Below are positions 13,901 to 26,457 of a stretch of DNA of 64,000 nt, piece by piece. A program made the position numbers and the translations under genes. How positions within the stretch are numbered: position 1 is the stretch's first letter; every line of letters starts with the position of its first letter. The notes beneath the pieces are model-generated. The model made no database searches and was not told where the DNA came from. It worked only from the letters and a program-made list of their open reading frames with translations. This DNA is from Pocillopora damicornis (lineage: Eukaryota): positions 62,001 to 126,000 of the forward strand of contig NW_020843392.1 of assembly GCF_003704095.1 (NCBI RefSeq), written 5' to 3'.

Positions 13901-16900
13901 TACGCCGAACTTGCGCCGCGATGTTCGGTTCACAAAAGCGTTGTGAAATGTTTAAACAGAGCAAAAATAAAAAAGTTTCTAGGCCTAGTTTACTCACGAT
14001 ATAAGCACGTATTTTCAGTTTTGTTGCAATATATCAGGCATCCTGCAGACTCACTTCCTATGTACGGCAAGGATGAGAAATTTCGACAGAGTTATCTTTA
14101 TTCTTGATTAACCTCAGTCCTATTACAAATTGATACAATGCACTGATAACCTCACAGTCTGAAAATGCCTGAATCCAAGGCCGCTTTCCTTATGTTACAA
14201 TTGAGCTCTCCGTGAAATAAAATATTGCAACAAGAAGAAATGAAATAAAAGACCTGGTTCTGACCGAACTGACTGTAACGCTCCACAGATGAAGATCCAA
14301 GGTGATTTAAATCTTTCTGGCATACGGACATGCGGGAGGGCTCAACTCACACAGCCCTACCTGCAAGGAACGGACTTTTTCACCTCCTGTTTTTATTGCC
14401 GGGCAAGAACCAGTCCCTTCAGATCGGCCAGACCTAAAGGACGGTAGCGTCCTGGGATCGGGAAATCACCTTGATATGTACTTGAAGTTCCTTTCTGTCT
14501 TTAAATTCTGTTCATTTGAATGAAATAGGAATTCCACTCACAGAATGTGAAGATTAAGTGATGATCATCCATCAGTTTTTATGGCTCAGAGAAAGTCAAA
14601 ATTAACAGGTGTCCTGGATCATACAATAAGTCAAATGGCATAACTTATGAGATTAATAAACAAAATCAACCCCACTCCCCTCCCCCTTCCTCTCTCCTCT
14701 CCATAGAAAATCGGAAAAGGCAAATTCAAACCCTTTTTCGAGGGAGATTCATTCACCGCGATGTTAACTTGCTATTGCATTCTGTCATTTCTATTTGTGT
14801 ATTGCTTTGTGAAGGGGGGGAAATACCATAATTAACTTCACTATGATCATCAGTCATTTTCCAACGCAACAAGTGTGAGTCTGTATTCTGTTTTTGTCTT
14901 TCAGCCAAGGCGCTTTCTGTGTGTGAAAGAGTCCAGTGCGGGAGTGGTTTTGTTTGTAATCCTAATGCCCCAAGGCGGCCTTGCGAAGGTAAGGTCGCGA
15001 AAAGGGTCAGATGATTTCAGTCCTTTCCTTGTTGATTAGTCAGGAGAGTTCAGCGTTGTATCAAGATTCCACCGACTGGCTTACAATGATCTTTTTAAAT
15101 TTTGGTCATCTGTTTGCTGAATAATGGTAGTGTAGAGAGAAATTGAAATTTAGCCTTTTTTGCGTTGAGCCCATTGTCTTTTGAAAACGCTACTCCTCTG
15201 CAGTTTAGAGCAACATTCACTGCGAACACAAACGTCGTTATTCATCCCCATTTCCACCTTCCATTGCTCGGCGAAACTCCATTTGCATTTAGAATTTCAC
15301 GTCACTGCACAATTAGCTGAATGGAAATCAGTCAGAGGTATTTTACCCTGGAAAATGACCTATAATGGCTTTATTTTTTAGATATCGATGAATGTTCACT
15401 ATCGCCTCCCAAATGCAAAGCAGGCGAAGTATGTCTGAACTATATAGGCTCATACGAGTGTCGAGGTATGGTTAAATAAATTTCTTGTTGATAGGACTTT
15501 CCATTGTGTTTCGCATTTAGCACTCCCTTTTCTTTAAGTGAGAATTACTTGAAAAGCAAATGTGAGTTGAGAACTGAAAGTTTACAAACATTGACGGAGC
15601 AGTACGAACGTAGCCACTTTAAAGTCTGCTGTGAAGGTTACTCATCACTCCCTCTTTACTGCACATGGTTTTACGCGCGAGTTTTGCTTTGGTGTTTCTC
15701 GCGTGAGAAGTGCGCTGATTAGTGATAAATAGAGATGCAAAAGTTTTCTCACATATGGTTTTTAGCCAAAGACTAAAAAAAACTTCAGTCATTTTCACAT
15801 CTAGTGAAACTCCAGCGCTCTACAAAATATAAATTGTTTTCTGTCATTTGTAGTTTGAGTATTTCTCTTAGGAAAATATGTCATTTGCGCATGATCAAAG
15901 CCACAAGCCACTCCCTTTCCCTTTTGTCTTCCTTTTTCCCGTGCTCACGCTCAACGATTTTACAGCAGCTCAGTCAATAATCAGAATCCCTCCAGTTGCT
16001 GCAGATTTCGGAAGTTTTTAAAAGTTAAATTTTTTTCAATTCCAGATTCCTGCAGAGGTGTCGACTGTGGCAAAGGGTTGAAATGTCAGGCATCTGGGAG
16101 GTCGTATAGTTGTACGGGTAAGGAAACATTTGCATCATTAGTTCTGCGCCTTATTACCATGACATAACGCTAAGTGATGGAAAAATAGAAAGATGAGACT
16201 TTGTTACGTCTCAGTTAAGCGGCTAGGTTGTTAAGTAAGATCTAATCTGACGGTGGCCGAAGGAAAAAGCATGACCGTCTAACGTTGAGTATTGTATCGG
16301 CGAATTCTTAAAAGCTCTCTCTCACTCTCGTTTTTTCAGATATTGACGAGTGCGCTACCTTGCCAAGGAGGTGTACGGGAGATCAGGAAATTTGCGAGAA
16401 TTACTATGGAGGTTACCGATGCAAATGCCGAGATCGATTTCAGAGAAATTCCCAGACAAGGAGATGCGAGCGTAAGTTTTAATTCTGTTTCATGATGGGG
16501 GTTGGTTTGTGACTGCTACTGACTTGCCTCCTGTTGTCTTTTTACATATCAACGAGCAAATCACGCGAGAGGTGCGCGCGTTTAGACGGCAGGAAGGAGT
16601 CAGAAGTCAGTTCCTTGTTTTTCAACCCACTGGTTTTTTAGAGATTTTCACCGCGTCAGCATTGGCTGCGTTTGTTCTTTACTACGCTGATAATATTTGT
16701 ACATATGACGAAGCTAAATGAATGGCACGACAGCTTGTCTGACTCACACGCTCAGATATCCTCATTTGAATGAGTCAGGTTGACTCCTGAAGACAAAATT
16801 TTCTGATGTAATTTACTTTTCTCCTGGTCTTTTTTTATCGAACCTTGGAACAAAACCTTTTTCAGCCTTTTAAGAGGATACAAATTTTCCATCCATGATC

Positions 16901-19900
16901 TAGGGCATGCTGTAACCAGTTTTTTTTTTTTTTTTTTACAAGTAGATTTTGAAAATGCATTTTGCTTCTTTGCATCACTATTTTGTCTTACAGGTAGAAA
17001 TTCTTGTTCGTCGGTTAAATGTCCTCGGGGATACAAATGTCTGGTGATCGACGATCGCAATTATCGATGTAGAGGTAAAGGGTGATACTGTTAAAATAAA
17101 TGCCATCTATTTGGTCACATATTACTAAATTTTAGATATTTGCAAATAAAAGACTTATGGCAAAATAAATATGTTCTATTTTATCGCGTTTTACTTGCCT
17201 TAATGTAACTGAATAGGAAAGGTTCAACGGGAAACGCGCTTTGGATATCAAAAGATCCCTTTAAAGATGAAAAATAATCCTCCATTTTGGATTACATCGA
17301 AAGGCATTAACAGCGTATTTGATTTCTTAAATTCCAAATGTTTTCATCAACTTGTAAATTTCACGATACTTGAGCCACTGATGAAAAACGTTTCTAAAAA
17401 ATATTGAAACTCAACGAAAACGGAGTATAGTGGGGCTTATCCTATACAAGATCTTGATATTTTCATGTCTGTCATACTTTTTTATGATTTTTGCTGTAAG
17501 AACTGGCAGTTCAATCAAACAGTGTTCCCAGAATCATGATTGCCCCTCTCCTCATCATCTTTCTACTTGAAATGCACTAATAGTGTATGGAGAAGTTACA
17601 TAGTTGTCACTTCCGGTGATGGAAAGGGTTTAAACGTCCGAAAGTTAGATTGTTTCGCATCTGGTGTTTTCAAAATTTCAGACATAGATGAATGCAGTGA
17701 GTCACCGCCTGTATGTCTGCCAGGACAAAGATGTGTTAATTACGCTGGTGGCCATTACTGCTCGTGTCGCAACGGATATCGACTGAACAGCATAACCAAT
17801 AGATGTGAAGGTACGTGCACAGTAGACCCACTCCAGTTATTCCCGAGTTAAGCATATTGTTCATAATCACGCTTTTTACCCTTGACATCGGCCAAACCAC
17901 CAACTTTTTAGTTTGAGTTTCATCCGTAGTCATTACCTTGCACATTTAGTGGATATTTGCTTTCCTGCTGGTTACTCTATCTCATGCTGCTGCAAAGAAA
18001 TGATAAACGTTCAACTACCTGTACTCGCATGTGCACTGCTTACAGAAAATGAAGCGCGCACATTTACCACCGAATCTCAGGTTTTCAAGTGACATTTATT
18101 AGCTGGAATCAGCCATCTTGGTTTGTTACGCGACTGCTAAGCTGCTAATTGAAAAGCTGATAGAGCGATTTGCAATCGAGTGTCAAAGTAACCCAGGATG
18201 TATTTTTTTTAGCTTATCTATGCTCTGTGAATAAGGAGTTTAAAAAAACCACGACTGTAATAGCAACAGGAAAGTCACTAAACAAAAGGTTTAATAATCA
18301 GAACAATGGCTGTGCACGTGCGTTAGAAATCTTTGTAAATTTCTTTGCGTTCTTTGCAATGAAGTTTGAGTTGTCTATGGTACGTGAACGACGACATCTA
18401 ATTCTTTAAATTTATATATCTGATTTAACGCGGTGTTCCATACTCAGTTTCGAGATAGTTCTGACAGTAAGAAACAAACTAAAAGACTTTAGGGGATGGC
18501 GAGATTCGTAGGTAAAATATGAGTTCATTTTATAACAGACGTTGTCGACGGCGTTGCCGTCGTCGTTTCCTAAACTCCCTATGGGTGAGAGAGACACGCG
18601 CCGCCTTCTGCATATACTGACTGTGTCTTGCATCAGTTGTTTCTTGTGAATTATACATTTGTGTTTTCTTTGTTTGTTTGTTGGTTTGTATTGGTAATAG
18701 TTTTTTGCGTATGATCAAGCCGTTTAACTAGGCGACACACGCGGTAAGTTTTGACAGATAATGGTAAATTATGGGAATAAGTGGAAAAATACAGTCGTGA
18801 TTGGTTCTTTCACTTCTCCTCTCCCACCAGATATCGATGAATGCACTGAGAGGAGGTCTGGTTGCAGTCAAATCTGTGATAATACACCAGGATCATATGT
18901 ATGTCGCTGTAGAAGAGGTTTTAGACTGGCGGCCGATAAACGATCGTGCATAGGTAAAGTTAAGTGCAATGACCATAATCAGGAGAGATTCAGAGTAGAA
19001 GCTATTCACTGCAAATCCTAAACACGTTTGTTCTCGTTCTCTTCCAATAGATGTGAATGAGTGTCTAAATTCTCCATGTTCCGGTAGAGCTACTTGTAGA
19101 AATACATTTGGTTCTTTTGTTTGCCAGTGCAAACAAGGATACGAGCTGCTTGCCGATGGACTGACATGTAGAGGTATTGTTTGAAAATGAATGGAAATTT
19201 TTTTTATAAAATCGCGCGAAACATCGTGACGCTCAAAACTCACGCTATAACTAACTTCGATCACAATCACTCGACATTCCGCAGAGTTCAGTGGGGTGAA
19301 TTTTTTTGGGCTTTTATCATTTGACAATAACTGCCTTTGATAAGCCTGAGCCAATTCTTATTGGCTCACATACAATTTGTGCGAATCTAATCAGAGGTCT
19401 TGAATAAATTACTGAATGAACCATTTGTAATGGCATTTGTTTCACTTTTGATGGTTTACCAGACAGAAACGAATGCAACAGCGTCACTTGTCCCTACAGA
19501 TGTGTGAACACCAGAGGAGCATATTACTGTATCTGTCCAAGTGGTTATAGTAACCAGTCCCGCTATTACTGCACAGGTGAGGCGAGCAAAAAGAGAGACT
19601 ACTGGCTAGATTTTTTTTTTAATGAATAAGCATAAATTATAAAATAATTTAAATAGTTCGCGCGCTCTGATTGGCCATAAAANNNNNNNNNNNNNNNNNN
19701 NNNNNNNNNNNNNNNNNNNNNNNNNNNNNNNNNNNNNNNNNNNNNNNNNNNNNNNNNNNNNNNNNNNNNNNNNNNNNNNNNNNNNNNNNNNNNNNNNNNN
19801 NNNNNNNNNNNNNNNNNNNNNNNNNNNNNNNNNNNNNNNNNNNNNNNNNNNNNNNNNNNNNNNNNNNNNNNNNNNNNNNNNNNNNNNNNNNNNNNNNNNN

Positions 19901-21585
19901 NNNNNNNNNNNNNNNNNNNNNNNNNNNNNNNNNNNNNNNNNNNNNNNNNNNNNNNNNNNNNNNNNNNNNNNNNNNNNNNNNNNNNNNNNNNNNNNNNNNN
20001 NNNNNNNNNNNNNNNNNNNNNNNNNNNNNNNNNNNNNNNNNNNNNNNNNNNNNNNNNNNNNNNNNNNNNNNNNNNNAATAAAGTCGAATTGCCATTTTCT
20101 GCTTTTTTTTTAAGATAATGATGAATGTCAAGCTGGGAAAGACAAGTGTAAAGACGATGAATTTTGTTTCAATACTTACGGCTTTTACCAGTGTATACCA
20201 AAATTATCCTGTTCTTCAGATTACGTTCAAGTCTCTGACACGTAAGTACCAAAAGAGATTTCTTTTCACGCTCTGTTAATTATTGTTGACTGGTCGAGAT
20301 CATACACTTCAAAAAATCGTTTTATAGTTTTCAGCCAATCTTTTTAAGTTTTGAACATTTTCCATTCGTAAAGCCAATCTCGATCGTCAGATGCTCGTGT
20401 TTTCTGTTTTCAGGCGATGTGACAGAAAAAGCTGCAAAAGTGGTGACCAAGCCTGCTTTAATCAAAAGGTTCAGAAGAAGAGCCTATGGACTTTCCGGAT
20501 GCGTAACAACGAAACTTCGTCAACAATCTTCAACTATCGCATTTTTACTTATGGTAAGGACTCATGGCCCTAAGGAAAACATGGAGCTAGGTCTAGACAC
20601 TAGTTGCCCAGCAAACTTTTTCGGTATTTTTCACTGAAAAGTCGGATTGTTCCCTAGACCACGAAATTGACAGATGTCTGATATTTTTCTTTTGATAAAG
20701 ATCGAGTTCAAACAGTTTCCATCTATCTTGGTCCATCTCAGTCTATCTTTATCTGGCAGTATCTGGTCCTAGCAGTCTAGGTGACACTTATCACATGGTT
20801 GCTCAGTTAAGCAAACACCGTCAGTTTTGGGTTTAAAAGCTTGTGCGTGCCTACCGAAAAAAAAATCTGCAAAAACTTTTGTTATTTTCAGAATCTATAC
20901 TTCAAAAGCTTTACAGTGATAGGTAGTTTTTACGGTTTCTCTTAAAGAAGCGCGCGCGTGGAACGATTTTTCTTAAAAGCACCTTATTCTGTTGACAATA
21001 ACCTTAAAAATTTCTTCAATTTGGAACTACTCACCCTTCATTCCTGCCTAGCTTATTTAAGAAAATAAAGTAGGTTTCCTTAGAATTGTATTTGGAACGA
21101 TTAGAGAGATTGATTGAGTTCAGAGTTTCAATCAACAGGCGTACCTTTTAGTCAGCTAGGCCTCAATGCAGAAATAACTAAAAAGTATGATTGTAATTTT
21201 TTTTGTGATTACTTCTTCCTATAGGAGGCGTAAAAATTGTATGACATCAGTAGCTACATGAAGTCTTTGACTGTGTATTTTTTCAGGAATATGTTAGCAG
21301 TGTCTTTGTTAACGTTTCGATAACTAAATTTTTTTTACAGGCTACAAAGTTCGACCAATGGTGAAGTTCTATTTTAATCGCGGGAATGAACTGGGGTTTT
21401 TCGAAATTCAGACGCAGGATGAAAGCAATGGGGTATCTGCTTCCATCCGAAACAAAGAAGCTATTGAGGGCCGTAGGAGGTTCATCATGGAATTCTATGG
21501 AGATGTTATTGATGCTGAGAAGGGCGAACTGGTGTCACGCTTCGAGCATCTGATGTACATTTTCGTGTCACGTTACGATTATTAA
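1982..21585 (+). CDS. FBLN1/2-like: Fibulin-1/2-like extracellular matrix protein (~872 aa, 20 exons)
   Basis: Exons: 1982-2048 (signal peptide [23 protein letters not shown]); 4269-4482 and 4693-4886 (three anaphylatoxin-like modules, CCTKG..CC / [13 protein letters not shown]); 5740-5895, 6183-6329, 7026-7148, 7692-7814, 8241-8381, 14905-14988, 15382-15465, 16046-16117, 16340-16471, 16994-17074, 17682-17810, 18831-18953, 19051-19173, 19463-19576, 20115-20241 (EGF/cbEGF, DIDEC..CxNxxGSYxC, mostly phase 1-1); 20414-20553 and 21341-21585 (fibulin C-terminal module ending [10 protein letters not shown]). All junction phases are compatible and the summed length of 2619 nt is divisible by 3. Gaps at 8867-8966 and 19683-20077 could hide exons. 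Confidence 0.93.
2420..2459. repeat. 20-bp tandem duplication (CACTCAAACATGTTATCTCC x2)
   Basis: Two adjacent exact copies in fibulin intron 1. Confidence 0.85.
8520..9040. mobile_element. Interspersed repeat related to the Crypton-associated palindromic element at 26370-27380 (spans an N-gap)
   Basis: GTGCTTATTTATTCCAAATTGCACTCGAAATCATGTGATTAC at ~8967-9009 is the reverse complement of ~26404-26445. The GGTAATTGAA.. and ATTACATCC..TTTGAAATC motifs are also shared. Confidence 0.6.
9892..12052 (-). CDS. LMO1/3-like: LIM-domain-only transcriptional cofactor (rhombotin, LMO1/LMO3/Beadex type), nested in fibulin intron 8
   Basis: Exons: 12052 (or 11986)-11983 (ATG G|gtatgt); 11647-11431 ([57 protein letters not shown]); 10123-9892 ([62 protein letters not shown]...ENTA*). 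Two tandem LIM domains and nothing else. The GSTLY.KANLILC.RDYLRLFG linker is typical of LMO1/3. 150 aa from ATG 11986 or 172 aa from ATG 12052. Confidence 0.93.
14247..14475. other. Unidentified GC-rich, highly self-complementary island (candidate structured ncRNA or TE terminus)
   Basis: Five complementary segment pairs (listed in the finding); T4 run at the minus-strand 3' end; no convincing ORF or splice role. Confidence 0.35.
18232..18581. mobile_element. MITE with TA(G/A)GGAGTTTA..ACGAC-type terminal inverted repeats
   Basis: Left end TAAGGAGTTTAAAAAAACCACGAC; right end GTCGTCGTTTCCTAAACTCCCTA; non-coding interior; fibulin intron 14. Confidence 0.7.
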
Positions 21586-22954
21586 CCTGCTCCAGTATGT
21601 CACGCAAAAAAAAGTCTTGACCGTCTTTTCCCTCAGTTTAAAACTGTGCTAGATAGGTTCGAAGAGATCTGGATACGAATCAATGCGTGCAAGTTGTCAT
21701 GGGTATGATTGTGTTCGCGTAAAAGTAATAGGCTAAAAAAACCCCTTTCATATGTTTACCTTTGCTAATTTCAAAAGAGTTTTCTCGACATAGGAGAATC
21801 TGGTATAGTATAACTTTGCTGGTTAATTATGTTTAAGGTATGTTTTGTTGTCAAGGTTTCAGGAGTGAAGTTATGTGCGCTTATTTGTCGTTGTTAGATT
21901 ACATCAATATATATGCGACTTAATTGAACGAAGTTTGTAACTCAGTTATGGGCTTGCAACGTCGTTTTGGCGTAAGATAAGCTCGAAAAGTATCCCTATT
22001 ACTCGATAACATTTTATTGTATTTCAATAGTTTAGTTTTACCTCAACGTACTTTATATCCTCAAATTTCTTGGTCTATGTTGTCAGATTTCGTGTGATTT
22101 AGCGAGGGAATCGTAAATGCTTGCGTCAATTTCCCGACCTTAGTTTGAGGATTTCGATAAGACANNNNNNNNNNNNNNNNNNNNNNNNNNNNNNNNNNNN
22201 NNNNNNNNNNNNNNNNNNNNNNNNNNNNNNNNNNNNNNNNNNNNNNNNNNNNNNNNNNNNNNNNNNNNNNNNNNNNNNNNNNNNNNNNNNNNNNNNNNNN
22301 NNNNNNNNNNNNNNNNNNNNNNNNNNNNNNNNNNNNNNNNNNNNNNNNNNNNACCAAAATAAAAGAAATAACAGCGGCCAGTCAGAGGAAAGGAAAATAC
22401 CTCTACTGGGGCCGAATATAGAAGTGATCTTCGCAGTAATGAATGCTACTTCTCGTAAGCGAAGCATTGAAATTGTACCCAAAAAATAAGTAAGATATTG
22501 TTAATTAGGGAAACGTAAAATGCACTAACTGCAAGGCTATGAAGCTGCAAGTTTAAAACGAAGGCAAGAGATTTACTTAACCAGAAACATCCTGCAGTGT
22601 TACTAAATACAAGTAAACGGAGGGCAAGGTTTTCTCTCTCAACAATTTTAAATCACCTGCAAAGCTACGCGATTGTAGCAAAACAAAACAGAGCTATAAC
22701 AAACTTTAAAGAACCTGCTAATTCTTGTGCAAAATCCCCAAATTATTCGCATCAGATAGGGGAAGTATGCTCCCGAAACTAGAACATAATTTAATTGTGA
22801 GAAATCACAACTTACCGCGTGTCAAGCTGAGATTGTTAAGATACACCCAATCTTTCGAAATTTCTCTGCATAAGATCAAATTATGGACTACACATACCGT
22901 TATTTTGAAAGCAAAGGAATAAGACTTGGCCACACACGATTGAAAAAAATGGCA

Positions 22955-23170
22955 TGGTTTCTAGGAGGGAACGGAGTGGGGACAAGACATTTGCTGGGTG
23001 GGTCAGCCGTCGTCAACAGAGCATTTAGAGGGGGCTATAGGAAATTGACTGCCAATTAACTGTTCATGAGGGGAGGGGAGGGAAGGGGGTGAAGGGAAAC
23101 TTAAGAACATTACAGAGCCTCAAGTGGGTATCGAGTAAATTTTATCGTGACGCAATCAAAATCTCCCTAC
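22955..23170 (+). repeat. Dispersed G-rich repeat family (other copies at ~37050-37320 reverse, ~57040-57440, partial at ~58004-58060)
   Basis: Shared motifs CAACAGAG..TTAGAGGGGG..TTGACTGCCAATTAACTG, AAATTTTATCGTGAC..AA(T/C)CAAAAT and similar recur across the copies. Confidence 0.55.
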
Positions 23171-23692
23171 TCCTGTGCAAAATATGTATTTGTCCGACCC
23201 TATAAAAAAAATTCGTTTTTGAAGATTAAGTAACGCTTAAAATAATTGAACATAGTTCAGACTCTTAAAATATCACTGGAGAGGAGTCAGTTTTGTATAG
23301 CTTAAGTAAAAGTTTACTCAACAAGCTTAGCTGACACTGACAATGTATTCTTGCGCAATTTGCTGATGGTTACAAGTGTGATCCTCGTCTACAAAGACTT
23401 TTTAAAATACTATTTACATTATAAATTTTCTCACCCGATGCAATCGAAATCAGGTTTTTTTAAACTTCCATGTAGTACCATTTGCCGTTACTTGAGTGTG
23501 AATAAATGATTCTACCTAAATGGTATCAAACGTACCGCTAACCGAGTGTGGAAAAGGAAGAGGCGATTTTTCTGTCCAAATACCTCTCAAACAGACTATG
23601 ATACAGGGCTGGAACGAATATTCTCTACCAAATATTTAATCATCATTTAGATGTCAAGATCTGCAGCTTTTACCAAGAGAAGTAAAGTTGGA

Positions 23693-26421
23693 TTATTTTC
23701 CACAGCATTTCCATTGAGCCTTCAACTGCCAGCTGCTACTAACTTTTAACAACACTCCTTTAGCGTTTCCTAAAATATAGAATGAATAAAAGAAAGAGGT
23801 TTACTGGAATGAAAAATATAGGGTCCTGTCAATCATCCTGGTGTAGCCCTGGCGGTGTCATTGTGTCATGTTCTTAAAGAAAAAAAAGGGAAAGTTCCTC
23901 CTTCCGTCCAAGATGGGCGCTGAAAAGATGTCGGGATGTCAGAACGAAATTATATTGCTATACTGTACCCTACAGTTCACCAGAACCCCATTCTAAAGCA
24001 GTGGTAGTTCTCCTGGTCACCTAACCCTTTACACCTTAAGATCAGTACACATTTCCTAACGTGCTAACAAGGAGAATTTTGTGATTAAAAATCGAAGAGC
24101 TTGTTTAGTTGGTGATAATTTCCTTCATTCTCCTGACCTTAATGTGTGACACAGGGGTGACATTGTAAGGAGAAATCAGATGCTATTCACTCTTTGGGGT
24201 CAATGGTTCAATGCTGTAAAAACTCAGATAAACTAAGAAAGGGATGAAAAGTTCATCAACGAATTCGTTTAACTAACACGTAAAAGTAAAGGGTTATCCG
24301 CATACTGGAATTTTCCTTGTAGTCAAGTGATGTACTTAAACAACTGAAGATATTGAGACACATAGGCGATTTCTTAGAGGAAATTTTAAGTTCCCTTTTA
24401 AGTTAAGAATTGCAGCTGACTAGAATGAGTCCCCTTCGTTAATTAATTCTTCTTGGAAAGTCATTTTTTCATAAAGAATATAAATTTGAACAACACGAAC
24501 ACGAAGGTTTCGTCTTCAACATCGACATCGTCATCGTCACCGTGATATGCATCTAATATGCGATATCGTCACATGCTTTGCATGGATGAAGTGCCTTGGG
24601 GACACTACTCATTACTTACTGTGCGCAATGGACTCAACTTAAGCTCGGTTTACTCGATCTGGAACCCTTGCCACTGGTGTAGTTCAAACTAAAATATTGC
24701 GATTGTGGAAGCACAAAAATTACCTCCCCAGTTTCCCTTTATGAAGTCAGATTCAGGATCGCCAGTGTTGGTATGATTTTCCTCAATGGCCTTCTTCTCC
24801 ACCAACCCTGAATCTCTCTTAGCGCTCTTCCAAACATCTTCTTCTATTCCGTACCAGGCTCCTTCTTTGCCTTGTTTGCGCATGTACGCCCGGTTGTTGC
24901 GTGCAATGCCATACAAGTCGTTTCCAACCTGACCAATGACATATCCCACTTGTTGGTCCATAGCTAGATAGATAAATGGAAAGAAAACAATTTGGACAAA
25001 ATTAATGAATAGAGCAAGTCAAAAGAACGAGTCAAGGAACCTGGCTTACCTAAGTTTCTCTTTCAGACAAATAACAAAATATGGCATTACCCGTGTAGTA
25101 ACGTTATAAGAAAAAAATAAAAGAGGAAGAAAAGAGGAAGAAAGAGGAAATAGAGAAAAAGAGAATGGATGCCCCAAGAGGCTTTAATCAAAGCCCCAAG
25201 CACCACAAAGAGTGGAACCGTATAGTTGCAATTTTAGCGATTCACACACTTCCACTCTAATGGACTAACATCATGATCGAGTAATGCCTACAATCCGGAG
25301 TTTCAGTGGTAGCTTAAGAATACTATGACGCCATACTCTCATCCAAGCAGACCCAAAACTAAAACTTGAAGTTGCAACATCGTCTGTCTTGCGTTCTTGC
25401 CCTTCAACTTGTCTGCTTGTTTGATCTAAAGTTCCACTGGTTCACTATGATGCTAATTATCCTTTTGATAAGGCTTTTGTTGATCTTGGTCTTTCTTTAA
25501 TCTTTGGAACAATAAATGGAACAACTCTAAATTCATAACTAAACGACCTCTTAATCTCTCTCTTTCTTTACTAGAACTTTATGTAAAGGAAATTGAAGCG
25601 TATCTACTTTACCAGTCCAGGATAAACCTTGGTCGGCTGTTGAGAAGCAACTTGACTGTAACCTAAAGTAGGAAAGGAGATAACTGGAAAGCTCAGACGA
25701 CTCGTATTGACACGTATGGATTGTATAAAACGGGTTTTTCATGAAGTTTCACCCTGTGAAATAAAAGTTCTCTTCCGGCGAGTAAAACCTGAGAGTCTGT
25801 AAGTGTTTTCCTGGTATTTTTTTGTGAAGGGTAGGCACATACAATTTTTGTTTTCATCTGATGGGGTATTAACGGACAAGTGACTTATATTTAGGAATTT
25901 TCATAGCGAGAGGATAAATCTTGGAGGAAGAGGCATTTTCACAGGATGTATCGCTTGAGAGGGAAATAATTTAGAGGGCATCATAGCTGTGTTAACGTTT
26001 TTTCCACATGCTGACCCCAAAGCTTTCTTAATTGAAAGCTGTGAAATCTGATGCCGGAGATTTACCTAAAAAAACGGCAATAAAGTAAATGGATTCGGAT
26101 TAGCTAGTCACAGGATGTCTTTTGATGGCCAGGAGATGTTTAACTAATTAAGTCGTTTTTAGTCTGTGGCTGATCAAAAAGATAAGAAACAGCCTTTTCA
26201 TCAAGGACAAACTGGAGTTGGACTGAAATCTTAAACTTGTAAAGAAAATTTATTTATAACAGACAACACTGACCTCTCGTTTGATTTCTGGCACACGTAT
26301 AAGATATCATTAGTTACATCAACTAGAAATCCTCTGGTATAAATCTCTAAAATGGAAAGAGCAAACGATGGTAATTGAACTTACTGGAGTGTAATTTGTA
26401 TCGGTAATCACATGATTTCGA

Positions 26422-26457
<36 letters not shown>

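Noticed and set aside
14305-14335. Group II intron domain V-like CCGTATGC..GAAA, and a type III hammerhead reading of the 14.3-kb island
   Set aside because: No complementary 3' strand for domain V and no CUGANGA core.
14640-14655. TAACTTATGAG resembling the U12 snRNA 5' end
   Set aside because: The match is only ~10 nt, with no downstream U12 sequence or Sm site.
19649-22489. ORF-track entries full of X residues
   Set aside because: Artefacts of reading through N-gaps (also 8694-8990).
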